Source of the DNA: Deltaproteobacteria bacterium SM23_61
Lineage (GTDB): Bacteria; Desulfobacterota; SM23-61
DNA: 62,586 nucleotides
Direction: 5' to 3'
Assembly: GCA_001304105.1 (NCBI GenBank)
Contig: LJUR01000002.1
Span: 1-62,586, forward strand
A model generated the notes under the pieces. That model made no database searches. It worked only from the letters and a program-made list of their open reading frames with translations, and was not told the DNA's origin. The position numbers and the translations under genes are program-made. Positions 48,933 to 56,930 of this stretch are shown here, piece by piece (the stretch's first letter is position 1; each line of letters begins with the position of its first letter).

Positions 48933-50135
48933 TCAATCCTTATCGACCCCCGCCGCGCTGATCCACCCCTTCACTTCTTCATCCTCGGGAAGAGCCTTCT
49001 CCATAGTTTGCAACTTGAAAAGGAAGTGGTTCCCCTGGATCCCGGCCTCTTTCGCCCGTTTCAGTTCTTCCTGGAGGGCAGTTCTTTGACGGGTGATCTC
49101 GCGGATTGACCGCTCACGGTGGGGGTTGACCTTATCGGGTTGCCTCTTCCTGGCTGTCTCCAGGCCGCGAATATAAAGGTCGAGGCCGTCGATCCTTTCC
49201 TGAAGGTACTGGACCTCTCCGGCGTCCCGGAAGGGCTTGGATGGGTCTTCCAGGGTCAACTGCAGCCGGCCCACATACATCCCTTTGCGGGAAGACTGAA
49301 AAATGTGGGTCATTCCGGCCCGAACGGCTCTCCGGGTAAAGCGTCCTTCATGACCTCCCAGGATGAAGTGAATCCCCGGTAGCTCTTTGGCCACCCTCTG
49401 GTCCTTGTAAAGGCCCAGGTCGGAAATAATAATGGCCAGGTCGGCTTTTCCCTTGATTTTCCCCAGGGTCTCCCTGGCCGCATCGATCGGGTCGGCGATC
49501 AGGATCCTTCCTTCATTGGCCCGCTGGATGGCCGGGCTGATCTCCGGTCCTGATTCGGGCGGCAAAAGCCCGACGAAAGCGATCCGCACCCCCCCCACTT
49601 CCTTTATCACATAGGAAGGAAAGATGGGGGATTTGGTGGAAGGATCCAGAAGGTTGGCAGATATGAGGGGAAGTCCCTGGGAATATTCCTGCCGCAGGAA
49701 GTCCACGCCCTGCAGGAGGTCCAGGCACCCCACGTTCACCGCCGCAGCGCCCATGTGGCGGTAGGCGCGGCCGATGATCTGGGCCTTCTTCAGCGCCTTC
49801 TCAGAATCGGAATCGTTTCGAAAGCTGAAGAAAAGATCCCCGGAATCCACCACCAGGGTTCGCTGATTTTCCCTTTGAACTTTCTCCACCCAAGCCACCC
49901 GCCGGGCCAGACCGCCCAGCACCCGGTCCCCTCAGGTCGGGCAGGGGAGGATGTAGCCGGTCACGTTGTTGGTGTGGAGAATCAGAATCTCCGTCTCTCC
50001 TGATTCGGCAGGCGGGGCGGGAAAAAGAAAAAGGGACCAGGCAAAGATGAAAGAAAGGATCCCCCAAAAACTCTTGGTTGCCGGAAACCATTTTTTCAAA
50101 GCGATGACCTCATCTTTGAATCTTTTCAATATCAT
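48933..50135 (-). CDS. Exported degenerate 5'-nucleotidase/metallophosphoesterase-like protein with predicted selenocysteine (C-P-T-U; TGA at 49932-49934)
   Basis: ORFs 49932..50135 and 48933..49922 share a frame across the TGA. Read-through gives ILILHTNNVTGYILPCPT-U-GDRVLGGLARRV...VVDSGDLFFS. The paralog at 52923..54314 has a TGA at the homologous position. The downstream ORF has no ATG or signal peptide of its own. Confidence 0.7.
49903..49918 (-). promoter_or_regulatory. SECIS-like hairpin
   Basis: The RNA reads UGGGC-GGUCUG-GCCCG and starts 13 nt after the UGA. The GGUCU loop resembles the E. coli fdhF SECIS apical loop. Confidence 0.6.
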
Positions 50136-50204
50136 CGGAATTATTGTAACACAACTTTACCGATCGCCGGCAGGAGCAGGCCGCCGAGGCGTGATGAGTC
50201 GCCC

Positions 50205-50621
50205 CTACCCTTCCTGGGCGGACAAAAAGCCGATGATTTTTTCCCGGATTTGATCCCTCAACTTCCGGAAGAAGGAGATCTTCTCCTCCTCAGTGCCCTT
50301 GACGGTCGCGGGATCGGGAAAGCCCATGTGCATCCTCCGCGTTCCGCCGAAGAAAACCGGGCAGCTTTCCGCCGCGTGATCGCACAGAGTTATGACAAAA
50401 TCGAATCTCTCATCCGCAAACTCGTCAATCGACTTGGATCGATGCCGGGAAATATCGATTCCCGCCTCTTTCATCGCAGCGATGACCAGGGGATTAACGG
50501 AAGAGGGCTCTGTCCCGGCGGAGAAAGCCTGCACCTTCCCCGCCAGGTCATGATTGACCAAGCCCTCGGCCATCTGGCTCCGGGCGCTGTTATGGGTGCA
50601 GATGAAGAGAACCCGTTTCAC
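50205..50621 (-). CDS. arsC: Arsenate reductase, thioredoxin-coupled LMW-PTP type
   Basis: CTHNSARS P-loop plus the downstream Cys pair (LCDHAAESCP). Confidence 0.9.
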   Translation of the reverse strand: MKRVLFICTHNSARSQMAEGLVNHDLAGKVQAFSAGTEPSSVNPLVIAAMKEAGIDISRHRSKSIDEFADERFDFVITLCDHAAESCPVFFGGTRRMHMGFPDPATVKGTEEEKISFFRKLRDQIREKIIGFLSAQEG

Positions 50622-50738
50622 TCTATGCTTCTCCTTCTATTCATCGCAATCGGAATCCCCATTTTCCCCTTTGCCGGTTGTCGGTTCCGGCTTTCAGGGT
50701 TCGCACGGGCATTTTTCTCCTATGGTTTTTTAATTTCC

Positions 50739-50972
50739 TTACTGGACCATTTTCTTGATCTCTTCCACGGAGGGAAGTTTCCCGGCCACTTTCACGGTTC
50801 CATCCACCACCAAGGCCGGGGTGATCATGACCCCGTAGCTGCTGATCTGTTTGATGTCTTTTATCTTCAAGACTTCGGCCTCGATGCCGAGTTCTTTGAC
50901 CGCCTGCCTGGCTCGATCCTCGAGCTGGTTGCACTTGGGTCAACCCATTCCCAAAACTTCGACTTTTTTCAT
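50739..50972 (-). CDS. Thioredoxin_3-type small redox protein (redox-active disulfide protein 2 family) with a U-x-x-C active site (TGA at 50940-50942)
   Basis: Not in the ORF track, because the TGA is at codon 11. The translation is MKKVEVLGMG-U-PKCNQLEDRARQAVKELGIEAEVLKIKDIKQISSYGVMITPALVVDGTVKVAGKLPSVEEIKKMVQ. The family consensus is GxGCxxC. Confidence 0.85.
50911..50925 (-). promoter_or_regulatory. SECIS-like hairpin
   Basis: The RNA reads GCUCGA-GGA-UCGAGC and starts 14 nt after the UGA. Confidence 0.55.
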
Positions 50973-51042
50973 TTTTTCCTCCCTAAATCTTGTATTGGAC
51001 ACAGATGAACACAGCGCGGCAGAGCCGCAACCCAAACGGAAT

Positions 51043-51092
51043 CCCCCCCTCCCTCCCCTCCCCCCTCGAGGGGGAGGGTTAGGGTGGGGGGG
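51043..51092. repeat. C-tract/G-tract palindromic element (same family as 44362-44410)
   Basis: ccccctccctcccctcccccctcgagggggagggttagggtggggggg. It is flanked by ACACRGAT-type short repeats (50996-51016, 51184-51217) and a CTCTGTG unit (51271-51293). Confidence 0.8.
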
Positions 51093-51305
51093 ATGCTTTT
51101 TGCCCAACAGAACTTAACGACTTTGCAAAACAGTAGTAGAGATTGACCTCACGCCTTACTCATCACTTTTCACTGCTTTTATTGGGACACGGATGAACAC
51201 GGATACACGCAGATAAGGATCAATCAAAAAAAAATAAAAGATTTTGCCAAATAGCGCGTAATCTTTTTCTTTGTGCTCTCTGTGACCTCTGTGCTTAAAT
51301 CGTTT

Positions 51306-52358
51306 TCAGAAAATGAAATTCCCGGTGAACCATCCTACCAAGGTCCCCAGAATCGTAATCAAGGGAACATAAACCAACCCCTTTTTCAGGCCAAAGACCT
51401 TCAGGATGGCCAGCATGTTGGGGAGGCTCATCCCGGGGCCGGTCAGGAGAAGGGCCAGGGCCGGCCCTTTGCCCATGCCCATTTCCATCAGCTTATGAAC
51501 GAAGGGTGCTTCGGTCATGGTGGCCATGTACATGATCTGGCCGATCAATGTGGCCAGGAAAGAAGGGAATATGCCCGACCCGCCCAGCCAGCTCTCGATC
51601 CACTGCTGGGGAAGAAGCTTCCCGATCACTCCGACGACGAACACCCCTCCCAACAACAAGGGAAAGATGATCCGGACAAACCACCAGCTCTCAGTCATCC
51701 ACTGGCGCATTTCCTCACCGGATTTGACCTTCCAGGCATAAAGGGCGACGATGACCATCCCCGCAGCCCAGACATACACTTTATGCAGGAAGGGCCCCTT
51801 TTGGACAAGGTAATTGGGGGCCAGAAGGTCGGCTACGATCAAGAGAAGGAGGATGACATCCTTGCGGGCCACGATCCTTTTCCCTCCAGGGTGGATGTCC
51901 ACTGCGGTCACTCTCTTGATCTCTTCCTTGCGGAAGGCGAGACTCATGACCCAACCCACCACGAAGGCCATGGCCAGGGCTGAAAGGACTCGGACCACCA
52001 CCATCTCCGTCCCCAGGATAGCCCCGGTATAGACCAGGGCCAGGATGTTGGCCGCCGGGGCCACCCAGAGAATGATGAAGGCCGCCCCGATCCCGCTTCC
52101 GCCGTAATACAGGCCGCTGGAAACGGGGATCACCGTGCAGGAGCAGGCGGCCACGAAAAAACTGCCCCCGCTGGCCAGGGTGAAGGATCTCAGTTTATTG
52201 GCGGCACTTCCCAGGTAATAAATGATGGTTTCCTTGGATATAAACGTAACCATGGCCCCGGCCAGAAGGAAAGCCGGTATCAGGCAGGTAATCACATGAA
52301 GGGCGATGTAATCCTGTAAAGCTTGCAAACCGGCATAAATCAATTCCCAGAAGAACAT
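51306..52358 (-). CDS. Predicted permease (ArsP/DUF318-type, PF03773-like)
   Basis: Multi-TM protein with ...VITCLIPAFLLAGAM...FFVAACSCTVIP... typical of this permease family. ATG at 52358 (alternative GTG at 52409). Confidence 0.75.
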   Translation of the reverse strand: MFFWELIYAGLQALQDYIALHVITCLIPAFLLAGAMVTFISKETIIYYLGSAANKLRSFTLASGGSFFVAACSCTVIPVSSGLYYGGSGIGAAFIILWVAPAANILALVYTGAILGTEMVVVRVLSALAMAFVVGWVMSLAFRKEEIKRVTAVDIHPGGKRIVARKDVILLLLIVADLLAPNYLVQKGPFLHKVYVWAAGMVIVALYAWKVKSGEEMRQWMTESWWFVRIIFPLLLGGVFVVGVIGKLLPQQWIESWLGGSGIFPSFLATLIGQIMYMATMTEAPFVHKLMEMGMGKGPALALLLTGPGMSLPNMLAILKVFGLKKGLVYVPLITILGTLVGWFTGNFIF

Positions 52359-52407
52359 TTTCTTGCGCTTCCTTTTCCCAATTTTGATGATCTCGTGAAA
52401 AGTCCTC

Positions 52408-52484
52408 ACTCCGGTGAAAACCGGAGTCCAGGATATTTATAGACCTTTGAAAATACAGGATTCCGGCTTCCGCCGGAATGACGG
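52408..52484. repeat. Double-hairpin REP-like element (GGAATGACG / CGTCATTCC family)
   Basis: ctccggtgaaaaccggagtccagga...caggattccggcttccgccggaatgacgg. Related copies lie at 55289-55372, 56807-56877, 57731-57805 and 62541-62586. Confidence 0.8.
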
Positions 52485-52522
52485 GAAGGATGGTCTTAGG
52501 ACTTTTACGAGCTCATCAATTT

Positions 52523-52846
52523 TTATATTTGCGCCAGGACCTTTCTTTGCTCCATCAGCTCCCGCTTCAGGAGCAGTCCCACTTTGTCCAATATCTCAAA
52601 GATTTCCGGGCCTTTGACCTTCACCATCACCTTGACCCCGTCTTTGCGGGTGGTGATCAGGTGGCTCTTCTGCATCGTGGAAATGTGCCGGGAAATATTG
52701 GACTGTTCCCCGTTGATGGCCGGCACAATTTCACAGATACATCTCTCCCCGTGGCGGAGCAGTTCCAGGATCTTCAAGCGCGTGGGCTGGGCAAGAGCTT
52801 TCAGGACTTCCGCCTTTAAATAAACCGCCCTTTCTTGCATATTCAT
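52523..52846 (-). CDS. arsR: ArsR/SmtB-family metalloregulator
   Basis: LKALAQPTRLKILELLRHGERCICEI...SNISRHISTM (HTH with the CxC metal site). Confidence 0.9.
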   Translation of the reverse strand: MNMQERAVYLKAEVLKALAQPTRLKILELLRHGERCICEIVPAINGEQSNISRHISTMQKSHLITTRKDGVKVMVKVKGPEIFEILDKVGLLLKRELMEQRKVLAQI

Positions 52847-52922
52847 TCTCCATGCATTTATGATTAATTAATCATAAATGCAAAAAAAATATGAGTCAAG
52901 CGATTTCTTAAACTCGGTCCCT

Positions 52923-54314
52923 TCACTTCGAGGCTGGGCAGCGCACTTTCGTGAGGGAGGGGGCGTAATCGAAGTTGGGGCTCTTGGCCGGGTTGTGGCA
53001 GAGGAGGCACTGCTTTTCGCCCACGGGGGGAAGCTTCTTCCCATCTTCTGGATGTCCCCTCCCGGGCCCATGGCAGGATTCACACTGGACATTCTCCAGC
53101 ACATCCCCAAAGCCGGAAACCTCCCCGAATCCGGTGGTATGGCAGGGAAGGCAGGTGTGGTCTCTTTCTCTCTTTTCACCGACCAGGGTTTGATAGGCCT
53201 TGGCATGGCCGGTCTTTTTCCAGTTCTCGTGCTGCGGCTGATGGCAGGAAAGGCAGGATGCCCCACCCATGTAATCGGAGACCGGGTAGGCATAGGTACC
53301 CTTTTGCATCCAGGGATCTTTTTCTGGGGAGCCGTTTTTCTTTTCCGCAAAATGCAGGGGCTTGGAGTCAGCCCGGAACTGGTTCACCAGTTTGGCCGTT
53401 TGGGGGTGGTCCTTATAGAAATCCCGTAGAGTTATGATCTGGTAATTGGACAAGAGGCGCGTTTCGTCCGGTTTCTCCTTGAGGAAAAACTCCATCTGCC
53501 CGAGATACTCTCCCCGGGTCCCGGCGGTGAGGATCTGGGCGTTATTGACCTCCACCGGCTGCCTTTTAAGCCCGCGTTCATGCCCGCTGACCACGAAGTA
53601 AACCTCCCGGAACGTTTCGGCGAGTTTCCGTTGCTCACTCTCATCCATGTGGGTAATAGCAATGATGACTTTGCTTTTTTTCTTTTTCAACTCACCGATC
53701 ACCTGCCTGGCCGCCTCGAGGGGGTCGGTTAGCCGATAAGCCGCTTTGTCATGGGGGTCCAGGCTTCCGGAAAAGCGGTTTGAAAGAAGCCCGAAAAGCC
53801 CGACCCGGATGCCCCCCTTTTCCTTGATGAGGTAAGGCCGGAACACCGGCTTTTTTGTCTTCAGGTCCTGGAGGTTGGCGAGGAGAAAGGCGAATTTCGC
53901 CTTTTGGCTCATTTTCTTCAGTTCTGCGATCCCCCAGGAGAGATCCACCTCCCCCGGAGTGAAGGCATCGTATCCCATGAGGTTGTAGGTTTGCAGGAAT
54001 AGGTTCGCCTTCAGGGCGGTAAGGTCCCGGTCTCTTTTGGGCAGGCCAAAAATTTCATGCCCGGCGGAATAGAGAAGGTCCCCGGAGTCCACCAAAAGGA
54101 CATTTTTTTTGTCTTTGCGCAGCTTTTCCAGGAAGGAAGCCCGCCTGGCCAGACCGCCAAGCTTGCCCCCCCCTCAGCCGCAGGGCTCGTACTCGCCGTA
54201 GAGGTTCGAGCTGAAGACCAGGGTGATGATCTGCTCCGGCTTCACCCCGGGGGGCTGCCCCCAGGAATTGAAGGGGATCAGGCAAAGGAAGAAAAAAATC
54301 AAAAGTCTTTTCAT
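52923..54314 (-). CDS. Exported degenerate metallophosphoesterase-like domain with predicted selenocysteine (C-G-U; TGA at 54174-54176), fused to a C-terminal tetraheme cytochrome c
   Basis: The frame from ATG 54314 gives MKRLLIFFFLCLIPFNSWG(signal)...VFSSNLYGEYEPCG-U-GGGKLGGLARRA...LLVDSGDLLYS and continues into ORF 52923..54095. The C-terminus has CLSCH, CLPCH, CESCH and CLLCH. Confidence 0.75.
54145..54160 (-). promoter_or_regulatory. SECIS-like hairpin
   Basis: The RNA reads UUGGC-GGUCUG-GCCAG and starts 13 nt after the UGA. Geometry and loop match the paralog. Confidence 0.6.
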
Positions 54315-54368
54315 GAAAAAGTCCAAGCAATGGTGATTACGCTCTTCATTCTAGCATTCCCGTTTGGA

Positions 54369-55055
54369 TCAGTCCTTATCTTTCTTGCCCTTTGCCGCAT
54401 TTTCGTCCTTGGAAGACCCCGCGGGGGTTTTCCCGAAATTATCCCTCAGGATCTCCAGGGCCCTGATCACTTCCAGCCTGCCCACATGGGTCGCCTTTTG
54501 ATCTCCATGGACGATCACGCAGGAGGGGGTGGAGCGAATCTGATCTTCCTGCAGGTAACGATTCCAGAGGCTGAAAACCGGGTTCACATCGACGGGCTTC
54601 AGGGCGATCTCTTTTTCTGTCAGCAGATTGACCAGCTGGTCTTTATCGACCATCCTTTGCCGCGCCGCTTCAAAGAGAACCCTTCTCGTATGTAAGGCGG
54701 AATCAAAATCATTTTTCTGCCCCAAGGCGGAGAGAAAATACCGGACATACAAAACGGTATGCTCGCTGGCGGGGACATCGATAAAAGTGAGATGGACGGC
54801 TCCATCCTTGACCAAATCGAGGAGGAGGGGTTCAAGGTCGGGTTCCATGTCCCGGCAGGGGGAGCAGAAATAATCGCTGTAGAGCCGCACCTCGATCGTG
54901 CCGGTCCCGAAAGAAGGCAGAAAGTCTTCCTGCCCCCCCGTCGTTTCCCACCCGGCCACCCCCGAACCGAAAATCAGAAGAGCGGCCCAGGGGATCATCG
55001 CGATCCATTTCATGAATTTTTGGTTCCATTTGGGCTTCCGAATAAACCCATTCAT
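54369..55055 (-). CDS. Exported DsbA-like thioredoxin-fold oxidoreductase (CSPC)
   Basis: Signal/anchor sequence, YSDYFCSPCRDMEP active site, and a helical insertion typical of DsbA-like proteins. Confidence 0.8.
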   Translation of the reverse strand: MNGFIRKPKWNQKFMKWIAMIPWAALLIFGSGVAGWETTGGQEDFLPSFGTGTIEVRLYSDYFCSPCRDMEPDLEPLLLDLVKDGAVHLTFIDVPASEHTVLYVRYFLSALGQKNDFDSALHTRRVLFEAARQRMVDKDQLVNLLTEKEIALKPVDVNPVFSLWNRYLQEDQIRSTPSCVIVHGDQKATHVGRLEVIRALEILRDNFGKTPAGSSKDENAAKGKKDKD

Positions 55056-55125
55056 ACATCCTCCATCGGCAGCAAAATCTAAGAGCTAAAAGCTAGCCAA
55101 ATATATTTGAAATTTTTCTCTTGAA

Positions 55126-55215
55126 CCCTCCCCCCTTGATGGGGGAGGGGGAGGGTGGGGGTGAATCCGGAATGTATCCCCCTCCCCTTTATCCCCTCCC
55201 GCCAGGGGAGGGGAT
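55126..55215. repeat. Two C-tract/G-tract palindromic elements
   Basis: ccctccccccttgatgggggagggggagggtggggg and atcccctcccgccaggggaggggat. Confidence 0.75.
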
Positions 55216-55288
55216 ATTTCTTAAATCTGAGAGGAAAATTCTCAGACTGAAAGGTGTAAGAATCTAATGATATCATCAAAATTTATTA

Positions 55289-55372
55289 CTCTGTTGAAAA
55301 CCCGAGCCCAGGACATTTATAACCCAAGGAAAGAAAGGGGGGATTCGGGACGCACCCCCTGGGCGGAGAATA
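55289..55372. repeat. Degenerate copy of the double-hairpin REP-like element
   Basis: ctctgttgaaaacccgagcccaggacatttataaccc here matches ctccggtgaaaaccggagtccaggatatttatagacc at 52409. Confidence 0.6.
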
Positions 55373-55432
55373 TTTCGGTATCCTTTCCACCCACTCGATT
55401 GGGAAAAAAGCCAAAAATTCTTCACGGGCCCA

Positions 55433-56746
55433 TCAAAAATAGTAGCGGGCCCGGAATTCCAGCCGGTAATCATTGGGCTTTTCCCCGAATTCCGTTTCGT
55501 CCCCCCCGACCAGGAACATGGTCTTGAGGCGCAGTTCCAGGTTGGTAATGCCCGTATAGGCAACCTCGGGGGCGATGGAAAAGCTGGGATCTCGAAGATT
55601 TACAATCGTGGTTAGGGCCGGCGTGAAATAAAGAATATCGAAGGGCTCCTTCTGGCTGACCCGCAGGTAGAGATAGTCCCTCATGGGGTTGGGCCGGCTG
55701 TAATTCCCCTGGCTCAGGTTCAGTGCTCTTGCCAGGAGAGCATCGCTCCCTGTGGCCAGGTATTGATCATAGGCCCGGTCGACGAAGCGGTAAAAATCCT
55801 GGAACTCGCTTTTGTTGAACCCCGTCCCGTTCCGATAATACTCGAGGATATAGGTTGTCTCCCGCTGGCTCAGGTATCGCAGTCCCAATAGGTAGCTGAC
55901 GGTATCACTGGTCAAGCTGAGGATATTTCCCTGCGAGTCGGTGTATCTCTTTTGGAAATCCTCGATGTAGGCGAACTCGCCATGAACCTCGAAATTTGAA
56001 GTCATATTGCGGGAGAAGTCCACCCCGTACCGGGTGGTCCGGCTCCCGCCCGTAAAGACAATGAAATCGATATCCGTGTCATAGAGAAGGAGGTAAAGCT
56101 TGGCGGCGATGTTGGCCTGGTTGGTCTTGCCGAAATCGTCATTGATTCCTTCCAGGACCGGCAGGAGAACAGGAGTAAAGGAAAGGGTCTTCAAGGGTCC
56201 GGAAAAACTCCGGATCCAGTCGGCGGAAAGAACCCAGAACCCCTCCAGGGCCAGATCCGGCTCATCGGGGTCCTTCGGCCGGTCAATGAAGGCCACCGGG
56301 TTCCAGGCGTATCCTTTTCCCCACTTCAGCACCTTCTTGCCCGCATCCATGGTCAGTGCATGGGAGGGCTTCAGGGACAGGAAGGCCTCGTAAGGCGTAA
56401 GATCATCCTCCCAGCCCAGGTAGGTGTTGTTCAGATCATAGCTGAGCCGCACGAAAAAGCGGGCGTTGTCTTTCTCGTAACTCCCATCGACCAGGAGTTT
56501 GAAATTGGATTCCCCGGTGGTTTTCCCTTCATCCCGGTTGTAGAACTTCAGCTTGTAGAGCGCTGCATCCTGGTCTTGAACGTTCAGGACCGGCCGGAAC
56601 TCCCCGTATCCCCCCACGTGGTAGGGCTTCTTTTCGATCTCCGAGATGTCGAACTTGTATTCTTCCTTCTTTTCTTCCGCCCGGCTCAAGCAGGGTAGAG
56701 AAAGAATGAAGATCCAGAAGATGATCGAATAGATGGGCCGGCTCAT
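55433..56746 (-). CDS. Outer-membrane beta-barrel protein (porin-like)
   Basis: Signal peptide, alternating amphipathic beta pattern, and C-terminal ...EFRARYYF ending in an aromatic residue. Confidence 0.7.
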   Translation of the reverse strand: MSRPIYSIIFWIFILSLPCLSRAEEKKEEYKFDISEIEKKPYHVGGYGEFRPVLNVQDQDAALYKLKFYNRDEGKTTGESNFKLLVDGSYEKDNARFFVRLSYDLNNTYLGWEDDLTPYEAFLSLKPSHALTMDAGKKVLKWGKGYAWNPVAFIDRPKDPDEPDLALEGFWVLSADWIRSFSGPLKTLSFTPVLLPVLEGINDDFGKTNQANIAAKLYLLLYDTDIDFIVFTGGSRTTRYGVDFSRNMTSNFEVHGEFAYIEDFQKRYTDSQGNILSLTSDTVSYLLGLRYLSQRETTYILEYYRNGTGFNKSEFQDFYRFVDRAYDQYLATGSDALLARALNLSQGNYSRPNPMRDYLYLRVSQKEPFDILYFTPALTTIVNLRDPSFSIAPEVAYTGITNLELRLKTMFLVGGDETEFGEKPNDYRLEFRARYYF

Positions 56747-56806
56747 AGGAGTTCCGTCAAGTTATTAATGTCTCCATAATAATGACCACGTAACCTTCTC
56801 AAGACC

Positions 56807-56877
56807 CGTTATTCCCCGGCTTGACCGGGGAATCCAGAAGGGCGCTGGATGCCCGCTTAAAACATGCAGGCATGACG
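56807..56877. repeat. Double-hairpin REP-like element
   Basis: ttattccccggcttgaccggggaatccag...ctggatgcccgc...gcaggcatgacg. Confidence 0.75.
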
Positions 56878-56930
56878 AATAATAAGAAGTCGAAAAAAGG
56901 AAATCCCAACACCATTAAACTGCCAGCCGG

